64,000 nucleotides of DNA, from NCBI GenBank assembly GCA_026936335.1, contig JAPMXV010000074.1, forward strand, positions 158,408-222,407, written 5' to 3'. Positions 21,101-32,324 of the stretch are shown in pieces (positions within the stretch are counted from its first letter, which is position 1; the number at the start of each line of letters is the position of its first letter). Position numbers and translations under genes: made by a program. This stretch comes from Mantamonas sphyraenae STR306 (taxonomy: Eukaryota; Protista; CRuMs). The notes under the pieces are model-generated. The model made no database searches, had not been told where the DNA came from, and worked only from the letters and a program-made list of their open reading frames with translations.

Positions 21101-24100
21101 CGGCTGCACGTTTTCCACGACAATGGAGGCGGTGTCGCCGAGGTCGAGATTGCGCAGGGGCAGGTTGTACGGCGTGGCAGGCGTGTACCCAGCAGGCGGC
21201 GACAGCACAAGGGCATAGGCCACGGTGCCATCCACCACGGTGTCGTCCACCCCTTGCACCGTCACCGATTGGAGCACATTCCAGTTGGCGGTGGTGAAGC
21301 GCAGCGTGGCGGTGCTGTTGACCAGCGTGCCCTCGGTGGGATCGCTCACCACTGCCGACACGTCAAAGGGCGACACGGAGGGCGGTTCCACAAGCTGCAC
21401 CTGCACCACAATGGCAGCACCGCCCTCGCTCGTGGCATCGTTGCTCGCATGGGCCACAATCACACTGTCGCCCGATGGCACCACCTTGCGCACCTCCACC
21501 GTCTCGGCTGCCAATCCGCCGTACCGCGGGTCGGTGCTCACCACGGGCCCAATCGTCACACTGCCAAACGCAATGCCACCCACCACCGCACGCGGGCGGA
21601 TGGCGCTGCTTCTGGTGGACGTGGTCGTGTCCACCAACGCATGGTACAGCGTCTGCCGAGGGGATGAGGTTGAGGACGAGGTTGTTGTTCCCTGATGCCC
21701 GAGTGGCACGTTGACACTCTGTGCGGGGCCACTGGTCGCCGTGAGGGTGACGAGCACGGGCACGTTCCAGTTGGCAAGGGTAAAGTCGTGGCTGGTGACG
21801 GAGGAGGTGACCACGTTGACATTGGCCACACTGATGGGCACACGCACCGTGGCCGTGGGCTGCGACGTAAGCACCATCAGAAACTGGGCCGGACGCGTGG
21901 GTGTGGCAAACTGCGGCGTGAGCCAGGTGATGTTCAGGGCCGAGGCATCCTGGTCGCTGTTGATCACCTGCACACGACGCATCTTGAGGTTGTACTTGGG
22001 ATCCGTGGTGAGACAGGGCCCAAACAGCACGTGGACCACCACGGCGCCATCGTTGAGCGTGTCCGGCACCGAGTTGAGCACAACGGCCTGGGTCACGTTC
22101 CAATTGGCGGCGGTAAAGGTGAGCTCGGCCCTGTCCACCGCAAGTTCGCTGGGGTCGTAGTTGATGACGGGCATGCGCACGTCGGCCACAGGCTCACTCT
22201 CCAGCCGCACGTACATCTCCAGGGTGGTGCCCGACTCGCTGGTGCGCATGTTGGCCAACGATCCGTTGCGGCTGAGCAGAAAGATGCCCGCGGTGTCGTC
22301 GTCCTCGTTGACCATGCGGATGGGAGGCACACTGAGCTGGTGGTACGGCGTGCTTGTGCTCGACGTGCTCACCTGCAGCCGGTAGTACTGCGAGCCGTCG
22401 TCCACCCAATCGTTGACCCCACGCACGGCAATGCTCTTGTACGTGTTCCAATCCGCCGGACTGAAGGTCATGCTGCCCGGTGCCACCACCATGCCCTCGT
22501 TCACGTTGTCGCTGCTCATCGACACCGTCACGCCACTCTGCGGGGCACTGATCAGCCGGCAGCGCACGTAGGCAATCTCGCCCGTCTCGCTGGTGGGATT
22601 CGTCGGATCAAGGCACGTCAGTCCCGCGGGGTCGTTGTCCAGGTTGATCATGGCCACGCTGGCACTGATGCCCTGGTACGCGGCGTCCGACGAGGCGGCG
22701 GCGCCCAACACCACGCTGTAGGTGATGTTGCCATCGGTGATCTGGTCGTCCACACCCGTGACCGTCACACTCTGGCGCACGTCCCAGTTGGCTGGCGTAA
22801 ACACCAGCGAGGAGGGCGACACACTGCCCTCGGCCGGGTTGGACGAGCGCACAGGCAGCGTCACGTCGTGGGTGGGCCGCGAGCGCAACGAGGCCTGAAA
22901 GGTTTGCGCGCGGCCGTTTTCGTCGGTAACGCCCGGGGCGGTGTTGAAGAAGAGGACGCCCGGGACGTCGTTGTCCATGGCGGCCATGTTGACACTCTGT
23001 GTGAGGGTGGCATACTCGTGCCCCGTGCCGTTGGCCGGGCCGACCACGGCGGTGGTGAGGATGGTGCCGTCGGCGACGAGATCGTCGACGGCAATGGCCT
23101 CCACGTGTTGCGGCGTGGCCCAGTTGGCCGTGGTGAACACGAGGGTGTCGGGCGACAGGGCCACTTGGTTGGGTGCCTGGCTGGCCACACGCACCCACAG
23201 CGGCGACACCGTGGGTTGTGTGAGCAGGGACACCTGGAACGATCCGTTGGCGCCGCCCTCGGTCATGTTCAAGGAACGGGTGACGGTGACGTTGTAGCCC
23301 GCGGTGTCGTCGTCGGTGTTGATCACGTACACGGGTGTGCTCTGCATGTCGCGAAAGTTTGCGTCGGTGCTGTTGAGCGGTGCAAACTGCAGGGTGTACG
23401 CCACGTCGCCGTCGTCCATGGGGTCATCCACGCCCGTGAGGGTCACCGTGCGTGTGGTGCCAATGGCTTCGGCGGGCACAAAGCGTACGCCTCCCTCGGG
23501 TGCCACGCGGCCTTCGGTGGCGTCGCTCACCGTGTAGGCCACCACCACGTCGGCCACAGCGGCCACAGGCGACACCAGGCGCACCGTGAACGACGCCGAG
23601 CCGCCGGCTTCCGTGGTGGACAGTGCCGTGGCCGGGGTTTGGCCACCCGAGACGACAAAGTGAGGGCAGCCCGGCAGCTGGGTCTTGGTCCAGCCTGTGG
23701 CGCAGGCAATGCCCTGGAAGTACGGGTGGGTGGAGTTGCCCTGTGCACACTGGCGCGTGGTGGGACACCATCCACACTCTGGGTTTGCGGTGCAATTCCA
23801 GCACGACGTGCGTTGCCTGCAGTCGGTGCACGCCGTGTTGTTCCACACGGGACACGTCACCTCCAGCAGGGAGAACGGCCCGTTGGCGTCGCCCTGGTAG
23901 CATTTGCGTGTGCTCTCGCACCACCCACAGCCCTCGGTGGCATTGGCCAGGCATCCGCCGCAGGTGGTGTAATTGCACTTGGGCCCGCGGCCCCAGTTGC
24001 CCTCGAGCAACGGCGATTGCGAGCGCGACGGAAAGCTGGTTTCCGCCTTGTCCAGCAGGTTGCCCGTGACATTGACGTGCCACACGCCAATCTGAGGCGG

Positions 24101-26408
24101 GGTGGCAGCTGTGGCAACAATGGTGATGTCCAACGCAGAGTCGCTGAACCAGCTGCCCCTGTAGTCGGCGCCGGGGGGTGTCAGGAACGACAGCAGGGCG
24201 TCGAGTTCGGCCTTGGTGGTTGCCGGCGGACGGTTGGTGGCCTCGGAAAAGGTGACACGGATGACGTCGTGCTTGCCGTACACGGAATCGAGGTCGTACA
24301 GATCCATGGCGGTGAGTCGCAGGATGGTGGGGCCTGCCTTGTTGCCCCAGGTGCCTGTGACCGGAGCCGACGTGAACGCCGAGGGCGACGTGGTGCCCGA
24401 CGGGTCTGTCAGCCCGCCACTGGCCTTGGATGTCACTGTGAGGGTGCCCACCACGGGCGGAGCGGCGCCAGCCACATTGACCATGGTGATGCGCAGCACG
24501 CTGTCGCTGATCCAGTTGCCCGTGTAATCTGTGCCCAACGATTGCGAAAAGGTAAACAGGGCGTCCAGTTGCGCCTTGGTGGCCGCCGGTCGTCGGTTGG
24601 TGACCATGTTGAAGGACAGCGTGAGGGTGTCGCCTGCGTCAAACTTGACGCTGCTGTCGTCGGGATCGGCGGCCACGACGCTGACAAAGTTGGGGCCCGG
24701 CTTGACGCCCCAGTTGCCCAGGAGGACACCACTCTGGGTGATGGCCGGCTGCGAGGTGAGGGCCTGGTTGAGAATGCCCCCGGCAAACTTGGGGGTCATG
24801 GTGAAGGAGCCGATGGGTGGGGTGCCTGCGCCGGCAATGTTGGTGATGGTGATGCGCAGGTGGGAGGCGGTGACCCACACGCCCGTGTAGTCTGTGCCTA
24901 GGTTGGCGCTGAAGGAGAACAGAGTGTCCAGGTCGCCCTTGGTGGAGGCTGTCTTTTGGTTGGTGGCCTCGCTCCAGTACACGTCGATGACGTCGCCGTT
25001 GTCGTAGTTCACATTGCCGTTGTCCGGGTCGCTGGCCGTGATGTTGCTGATCAGCGGGCCCGGCTTGGTCCACTGGTAGCTCCACAGTTCGTTGTCCACG
25101 GCCTCATTGCTCAGGCGGCCACCGTGCAGGTAAAGGAACATGCCATTGCGAATAAAGGTGAAGCGGTGGCGTGCCGAGGGCCGTGCGGTGGTGGACGGTT
25201 CCAGGTACTCCCAGACCACGGTGTCGAGATTGAGGCGCCACAGATCGTTGAACACCAGGCTGGCACTGGCGTTGGTGTACTTGCCGCCATACATGTACAT
25301 GTAGTTGCCTGCCCAGGGTGGCCTTGTGGCCGAAGCGTGCGTGGGGCCAGGTGCCGGTGACGTTGTGTCGGATGAATGCGTTGGATGTCTTTTCGTAGTG
25401 CCACACCTCATTGTCGGGTCGCACCAGGTCCTTGCGGAAGCCCCCAAACAGCCAGGGCTTCTGGTTGTACACCACCAGGGCGCAGTCGTACCTTCGCTCG
25501 GGCCACGGATCCGTCAGTGGGCGGTCGATGTACGTAAAGGCGTCGTTGAGCGAGGTGACGTCGTCGCCAATGGTAAAGTCGTAGGTGTAAAGGTCGTCCT
25601 TGGCGTCGCCCTGCGGAGTTTGGCCGCCAAAGATCCAGACAACCGTCCCGCCTTCCTCGGCGTACGAACACGACGACGTCCAGGCCATTTTGCTGGGTCG
25701 CTTCTGGGCCCACGAATTGCTGGCAATGTCGTAGTGATACACTGTGGTGGAACCCGACCCCAATTCCGTCACAAACATCTTGCCGTTGACCACGTGGGCG
25801 ATGTGGTCGCGGGTGGCCGTCGGCACCGTTCCCGCCGCGGTGGCCTGCTTGAAGAAGCGGTCGGGGCTCGTGGTGATTGTGTATGCGTACATGTCCGAAC
25901 TGGCGGTGGCCGTGCCTCCAAAGTAGTACAGGACGTCGTTGTGGACGGCCACGGTGCCGGAGGAGAGCGACGGAAGCGCAGCCAGCGGGCCTGGCGTCAG
26001 TTGCGTCCATCCCTTGAACACTGCGCGGAATTTGGGGCATGCAGGGGCGTGGCGTGTGTGTACCACAGGTGTTGGTGGTGGTGTACACCGTGGGCCATGG
26101 TGACGGGTGTGGGGACAACGTGTGAGCGTACGGGGAGCGTCGGTGCATTCCGGAGCCGGAGCTGCAACGGTTTTGCGCGCGCCGGAGCCGAGCGCGCCAA
26201 AGGACAACGACACCGCATGGGCGACGGCACTTGGAACGACACGGCCTCAACCAGAAAGTGGGCAATGGCAGTGGGCGGACACCAAAGAGATGAAACACGT
26301 ACCTGCATGTGTGCAAGGGAGGAGGCCGAGAAGGAGGAGCAGCCAAGCAAAATGGACGGATTTCGCACTTCGGCTTGAGCGACAAGCGGATGTGTGCGGT
26401 CGCAGCAT
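18170..26408 (-). CDS. Giant surface protein, ~2650 aa: signal peptide, kelch propeller, 3 Ig-like repeats, 2 PSI, ~8 Calx-beta/cadherin-like repeats, IPT/TIG, Cys-rich region, ~9 TM, acidic tail. Intron 26302-26021; one apparent frameshift near 25312
   Basis: Exon 1 MLRP...WLLLLLGLLPCTHA. Kelch motifs YYFGG/WIFGG/WLFGG/YMYGG/YLHGG. PSI motifs CGGC...CGWC and CWNC...CGWC. Repeated FTxxNWxxxQxVTVxGVDD. TM region with FGVLYE...YWF and QPF. Confidence 0.85.
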
Positions 26409-26475
26409 GGCAAAGCAAATGGATGAGAGTTGGCGAGCGGGTTGTGGATAAGATAGATAAGAGGGAGAGGGTGCG

Positions 26476-27723
26476 ATGGGAGGAGAGTGCAATTGCCAGT
26501 GCCGTCCGGGGGGGTTTCAGGTAGAGTTGCGCGGGTCGGGGCAGGGGCAGATGACAACACGGCCTGGCTCGTCGAAGCCTGCAGGTGGAGGGGAGCAAGA
26601 GACAGTGGAGGAAAAGGCAGAGATGTGGATGCAGCAACACGAATGGGTGCACAGGGAAACATGGACGTGTGCGTTTGGGGACAAGTGTGTGGTGTGTGGG
26701 TACAAGCTGCTGGTGGAACGCAGCGACGGCATGCCCGCGAACCGGCGACCGGAACAGTGTGTGCGAGTGGCACGTGAGGCGGCGCGGGAGGCGGAGGAGA
26801 ACGAGGTCCACAGGGTGGTTGAGGCGGAGGAAACGAGTGGAAGGGAGTGGTTGGGTGCATACGAGGCCGGGCAGCGGATCCTGACGGTGGGCGAAGGCAA
26901 CTTTTCGTTCTCGCTGAGCCTGGCGAAACGACTGTTTGGGCGCAAGAAGGCAGGTGGGCGATTGGTGGCAACGTCGTACGAGACGAGGGAGAGTGTGTGC
27001 AGTGTGTACCCGGATGGGGAGGAGATCCTGAGGGAGTTGGAGGAGTATGGGGTGTGTGTGGTGCATGGGATCGACGCACACGATCTGGAGAGCCAACGGG
27101 AACTTGTGGACGCGGAAGCACGCGGGTTCCATCGCATTGTGTTTAACTTTCCGTGCATTGCACGGGGAGGAAACATCCAACCGGGCCAGGATGGGCAGGT
27201 GGACGAGCTGGAAGTGAATCGAGAGCTGGTGCGGAGTTTGCTGGCACGTGGACAGGCGCTGTTGTGTCGAGGCGGTGAGATACACGTGAGCCACAAGTCG
27301 ATTGCGCCGTTTTCGTTCTGGGGCATCCATGGACTTGCGGATGAGGCTGCGACAGACCTACGCTGGGTGGGACGGCTGGTGTTTGATCGCACCTGCTTCC
27401 CGGGCTATGTCAACAAGAAGGCACTGGACAAAAAGTCGTTCCCGGCCAGCGACGCACGCGTGCACGTGTTTGCGCTGCCGTGGGTGGTCGACGTGGCGGA
27501 AAGCCATGACGACGGGGTCAGCAACACGTTGGCAGATTGGTGGAGGGAGGCAGCAGAGGAGGAGGAGGAGGAAGGTGAGGAGCAGCAGCAACCGTTGTGT
27601 GTGCGTGTAACGGATGGGATGCGCAGGGCGTTGAGGGAGCAGATGGTGGGGTTGGCTGTGCGAGGCGGGAAGCAAAACAACCGCAGGCGGGACAGGCGGG
27701 ACCATGGCGGACGACGAGGATGA
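26476..27723 (+). CDS. DUF2431 / BMT5-like rRNA uridine-N3 methyltransferase-domain protein
   Basis: Motifs RILTVGEGNFSFSLSL, LVATSYE, VHGIDA, FHRIVFNFP. Exact start codon uncertain. Confidence 0.85.
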   Translation: MGGECNCQCRPGGFQVELRGSGQGQMTTRPGSSKPAGGGEQETVEEKAEMWMQQHEWVHRETWTCAFGDKCVVCGYKLLVERSDGMPANRRPEQCVRVAREAAREAEENEVHRVVEAEETSGREWLGAYEAGQRILTVGEGNFSFSLSLAKRLFGRKKAGGRLVATSYETRESVCSVYPDGEEILRELEEYGVCVVHGIDAHDLESQRELVDAEARGFHRIVFNFPCIARGGNIQPGQDGQVDELEVNRELVRSLLARGQALLCRGGEIHVSHKSIAPFSFWGIHGLADEAATDLRWVGRLVFDRTCFPGYVNKKALDKKSFPASDARVHVFALPWVVDVAESHDDGVSNTLADWWREAAEEEEEEGEEQQQPLCVRVTDGMRRALREQMVGLAVRGGKQNNRRRDRRDHGGRRG

Positions 27724-29440
27724 GTGGGTGCAGGAGGTGGACGAGTGGGAAGATGACGCCCTGTTGGACGACGGCGTGGAGGAGATTGGATGGTCTGTGT
27801 CGAGTTTCCATCAGCAGGAAGAGGCAAAGGGCAAGCAGCAGCGGGCAAGCAGCAGCAGCAGCAGCCGCAGCCACAGCGCAAGGTTAGGCGGGCGACCGGC
27901 GTCCTCGGGAGGATTCCGAGGCCGAAAGGGGGTTCCGTCGCATTTTGCACGGAACAAAGCAATGTCGAGCGTGAGCAACAGGCAATGGGCAGAGCGACGT
28001 GGGCCACACGGGAGCACCAAGGTGGGGGCGGGCTCGATGGCGGGAAAACGGCCGCAAACGGCCGCGGGCATACGTCCGCCACGTGCAGACGGGAGGCAAA
28101 GTGGGTCGGGCACAGCAGGTGGGCAGCGATGGACGAGCATGGGTGAGGAATCAGGCGTGGGGAGCAGTGGGATGAGCAAAGAGCGGCCTGGAAGCGCATC
28201 GTTGGCGGCAAGGCTCAGCAGCAGTGGCCGGCAGCGGCCGCAGAGTGCAAGTGTGGGCTCGTCACGGCGTCGCATGAGCAGAGAATGGGTGTCTGTTGCA
28301 GAGATGAACGCAGTGATTGGGCAGTGTCTGCAAGGGAGGCAGGGGTGGAGCGAAGTTGGGGCGCTGGCCAAGTTGTTTGTGGCTCAGGAAGGGGCAGGTG
28401 CCATGCAAGGGTACGGCGCGGGTGGCGATGAGAGGGACATGGAGGCATTGGAGGAAGAGGAGGACGACCTGAGTGGACTGGTGCAGATGTTGTTTGTGAA
28501 AGAGTTGCGAGAGGACGACCAGGCCGGCCTGATGTTGGCTGTGCTTCGTACGCTGAAACTGTTGTTGCGCAAGGAGAGCAATCGGAACCAGTTTGGCGAC
28601 CTGGGATTTGTGGGTGTGTTAAGTTATATGCGCAAGAGCCAAACGGAGGTTGGTGACGAGGAGGAGACGGAGACGGTGGTGGAACTGGACCGGAGGTTCG
28701 CACGGGAGTGTGCCGGGGTGCTGTTGAATGTGTGCCACAGCCACCGGAGGAATGTGGAGATTGCGGTGGAAGCTGGAGCGTTGGGCTGTCTGGTGGCCAT
28801 GCTGGGGTGGCAGGGCCAGACAGAGGCGCAAGGCTGCGCTGCGGGAGCGTTACAAAGCATGTTTGTGCATAAAATGGCGCGACAAGAGCTGTTGAGCAAG
28901 GACGAGGTGGCAGACGAGGCAGTGAGCCAGTTGGTGAGGCTGATGACACAGGACGATGTGGAGGTGGTGGGGCTGCGTGCAGCAGGTGCGGTGCACAATC
29001 TGTCCGTGGAGCCGTCGAGCATCCGAGTGCTGCGTAGAGCGGGTGCGATTGTGCCGCTGTTGGGACAGGTGCATGGAAGAGGTGACGACAGCGGTGTGAA
29101 CGAGGAACTGGTGACCTATGTGGCGGGCACGCTGCAAAACATGTCCCGTGAGGCAGAGAGCGCCGAGGAAATGCGTGCACATCACGGACAGAGCTTGCTG
29201 GCAGATGTGTTGATGGGCCCGTACGTGGAGGCACAGGTGTGTGCCACGGGGGCGCTTTTGAATCTGCTGGAGGAGGTGGTTGGGGAGGAGGTGGACGGCG
29301 GAGCGCGTGCGGCGTTGCGGTCGTTGTTGGTGTCTGCGTTGACGCTGGGCACTGTGTACCAAGGTCTGTGGGGCGACGATGGAGGTGAGGGTGGTGAGGG
29401 AGAGGATGGCAAAGGGTTGGGACATGACGACAGGGAATGA
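27704..29440 (+). CDS. Armadillo-repeat protein with a low-complexity N-terminus
   Basis: Repeated ARM helices CAGVLLNV, AAGALQSM, AAGAVHNLS, VAGTLQNMS, ATGALLNL. Confidence 0.8.
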   Translation: MADDEDEWVQEVDEWEDDALLDDGVEEIGWSVSSFHQQEEAKGKQQRASSSSSSRSHSARLGGRPASSGGFRGRKGVPSHFARNKAMSSVSNRQWAERRGPHGSTKVGAGSMAGKRPQTAAGIRPPRADGRQSGSGTAGGQRWTSMGEESGVGSSGMSKERPGSASLAARLSSSGRQRPQSASVGSSRRRMSREWVSVAEMNAVIGQCLQGRQGWSEVGALAKLFVAQEGAGAMQGYGAGGDERDMEALEEEEDDLSGLVQMLFVKELREDDQAGLMLAVLRTLKLLLRKESNRNQFGDLGFVGVLSYMRKSQTEVGDEEETETVVELDRRFARECAGVLLNVCHSHRRNVEIAVEAGALGCLVAMLGWQGQTEAQGCAAGALQSMFVHKMARQELLSKDEVADEAVSQLVRLMTQDDVEVVGLRAAGAVHNLSVEPSSIRVLRRAGAIVPLLGQVHGRGDDSGVNEELVTYVAGTLQNMSREAESAEEMRAHHGQSLLADVLMGPYVEAQVCATGALLNLLEEVVGEEVDGGARAALRSLLVSALTLGTVYQGLWGDDGGEGGEGEDGKGLGHDDRE

Positions 29441-29471
29441 ACGAATCGAGACTGCGCGGCCTCAGCCAGAG

Positions 29472-30029
29472 ATGGGCAAACACCGGAGCAAGGGCAAGGC
29501 GTCGCGACAGAAGCGAGCAGAAATGCTTGCACCGTACCGAAAGGTGACACAGGCGGAGCGGGAGGCGGCAGAGAGGCGTCTGCAAGAGCTAGAGAGCGGA
29601 GATGGTGAGGCGGCCATGCAGGAAGATGTGTTTGGGGACGAGGAGGAGGAAGAAGAGGCAGAGGCGATGATGGACCTGGATGGGATTGGTCTCAAGGTGT
29701 CAGTGGAGGAGGGTGAGACACTGGGCAAGATGAAAAGGCGGCATGTGTGGGAGAAGAAGGAGCTGAAGCGGCTGGCCAAGGATTTGTCGCAGGCCAAAAC
29801 GAAATTGAGCAAGCACAAGACAGAAGAGAAGGCAGAGAGGAAGAACCTGACAAAAGCAATCCAGCGGCTGCAGACAGAGCTGCGTTTGCGGCAGGAGGCC
29901 GAGCTGGAGGCGTTGAAACGAGCCGCCGAGGCAGAGGGACTGGAACAAGGCAGGGGAGAGGGTCATGAGGAAGATGGGAACGCGAATGGGTCTGAGGAAC
30001 CGCAGGAGGAGATCGTGGTTGAGTTGTGA
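29472..30029 (+). CDS. Small basic/acidic coiled-coil protein (resembles the N-terminal coiled coil of Otu2/OTUD6)
   Basis: MGKHRSKGK...ETLGKMKRRHVWEKKELK...QEAELEAL, with gene-like codon usage. Confidence 0.6.
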   Translation: MGKHRSKGKASRQKRAEMLAPYRKVTQAEREAAERRLQELESGDGEAAMQEDVFGDEEEEEEAEAMMDLDGIGLKVSVEEGETLGKMKRRHVWEKKELKRLAKDLSQAKTKLSKHKTEEKAERKNLTKAIQRLQTELRLRQEAELEALKRAAEAEGLEQGRGEGHEEDGNANGSEEPQEEIVVEL

Positions 30030-30398
30030 GGGTGCACGTGTGAATGCAGGAGCCGATTTTGGATCGTGTTTCGGTGAAGTTTTGGACGTTTGGGGAGCCG
30101 GGAGGTGCAAGAGGAAGGTTTGCAACAGGGCTGCGATTGCAAGCAGATGATGCTCAGGACGGGTGGGTGGGCGCATTGGTGTGATGTGAGGGTGGAGGAT
30201 GGATTGGATGTCCCGTAGGGGTTGAAGCCGGCACGGAAACGTTTTCGGTTGTCTCCTGACACCACGGGAGGAAAAACACTTGTTTCGCACCTTCTCCACC
30301 AACGCATCCCGTTTTCCGCAGAAAGCCACGAGTTTGCGTAGCACAACACCGAGAGCGACTTTTTCCTTTATAGCTACTCGGAGGAAGTGCGGAGAACG

Positions 30399-31742
30399 AT
30401 GTCGAGCTCCTCACAAGCAAGTGAAGAGGTCGGGAGCGAAAAACGTGGGCGGTCGCGCATCCGAAGAAGGCGAACAGCCCACGAAATCAACAGACTGTTC
30501 CCATGTCCGTATCCGGGGTGTCAGAAATCGTAAGTAGAGCGGTGCGGATGGGTGGAGCTTTTTCAGCAAGGGAAAAGACGGCCTGGGAGTTGTGTGGAAC
30601 CCCGGGAAGTCAGGGTGATCTTTCGCAGTCTAGAAAAAGACGTTTCTCCTGCGCCAAAGAAGGGCCACGCGGTGGATGTGTGCGCTGACACCAAAGGGTA
30701 CAGGTACGGTGCGGAATCGAGCATGAAGAAACACTGCCGATTGAAGCACCCAGACTTCGATGTGAACACAATGAGCATGGTAGACGAAGAGGAGGACGGG
30801 AAGTTGCACACAGGCCCCACATACTCCTCATTCCACGGAACCAGGTTCATTTCAACGGTACCCACACCAGGTAAGAACAGTGGAGGGTGGGTGGAGGTGG
30901 GCGCCGGGCCATGAGTGTTTGCATGTAGAGAATCGGAAGCTATGGAACCAGGAGTCGGCAATCCCTCCGCGAAAGTTGCGTGGAAGTTTACGGAGGGCGT
31001 TCGTACACAAGAACACGTGTCGAAACCACAGGCAGAATGGTTGGGGGAATGTGGATGTGCTCGGGGGAAGCAAATGGGGCCAGTTCGATGTCATCGGATG
31101 TTGTTGTTGAGGTGACACCAAAGAAGGAAATGGCTGACATTCGTTCTTCCTGCGTGCGCGTTACAGGGATAGAGTTTCATACAGACGGCAGTGCGACACT
31201 GGGCAAGCTGCACACAGACACAGCAAGGCTTCTGAATTCGCTGTTGCCGAACCTGGCACTGCATAAGGATCTGCCAAAGGCAGTGCCTAGGGAGAAGGTG
31301 AGAAACTTTTCCACAATTCGCGGTCCGCCTTTTGGGGACGAGTGGGACGCTAACTCTGTGTGGGGGACGCCAGACACCATCACAGAGACCGCGAAAGAGC
31401 TATCCCGGCCCTTTGTTGGACTGGGAGGACATCCAGACAGTGCATGTTCTGTCCACATTGATTGGAGAGCAAGTGGAAAAAGGCGTGTTCGAGATTCAAG
31501 CGTCCAACACGAACGGGCACGCGAGCAAGCAGGAAGAGGACACGTGGCCGCAAGAAGATACAAAAGACGGGGCCAGTGGGAAAGGGAAGGAGACTGAGGA
31601 AGAAGGCGATGGTGAGGGAGACGAATCCGAGGAGGGGGAGAGCAGCTCGGAGGGAGAATCGAGGCGGAAGACGCACTTGTCGAAACGACGCATATCGCGG
31701 GAGGCGACACAAGATGTGAAACGTCAACGGAATGAGGAGTGA
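30399..31742 (+). CDS. Multi-exon C2H2 zinc-finger protein (Con7-like finger), probable transcription factor
   Basis: Removing intron 30530-30703 (GTAAGT...GCTGAC...TACAG) rebuilds RRRRTAHEINRLFPCPYPGCQKSYGAESSMKKHCRLKHP. Further GT-AG introns (e.g. at 30871) lead to an acidic/basic last exon. Internal exon boundaries are less certain. Confidence 0.7.
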
Positions 31743-32324
31743 GATATTGAAGAAAAGGGAATGTTTAGTGCTGTAGACGGTCGGTCTGGGTGGGCCAGAA
31801 AAAGAGGGAACGCCGGGAGGGTGCGGCACAGCAAGCCGACCGGCTGAATCGGACTCGGAAATCATGACGACAGGGTGTGTGGATAGCCGTGCAGTCGTGG
31901 TGGGACGCAGTGGACTTGTGAAACCTGTAGGCGCAGAAATAGAAACGAACTTTGGCGAGGACATTTTCGAAAATAGAAGAACTTGCCGGCGGGTTGCTGA
32001 GCATAGTTGAGCAGCTGACACCAAATGGGTGTGCTGGACATGTGTTCGGACACCATGTACAACTATTGTGGGCATTGTTTGACTCTGCGGTGGATACTGG
32101 TGCACAGACAGGGAACGAACGACGCGCAGGAAAATTCCTCTGATTGTGTTTGTGGGGGTTTCCTGCGTGGTTCTGGTGCGCAATCGTGCCCTTGGTGCTC
32201 AGGAAAGGGAGAGAATGTGCAGTGCGATGGAACTAAATGTGTCGTGGCTGCAAGCGATCATTGTGCTTGACTGGAAATGAATGGGGAAGCTCTGGTGTGT
32301 TTGTTCGGTTTGGGCTGTCCCAGA

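Noticed and set aside
31760-32300. Cys-rich short ORFs (CGHC...CPWC) as a possible zinc-binding gene
   Set aside because: I could not build a convincing start or splice model, and TG-rich DNA yields Cys codons by chance. The region remains unexplained.
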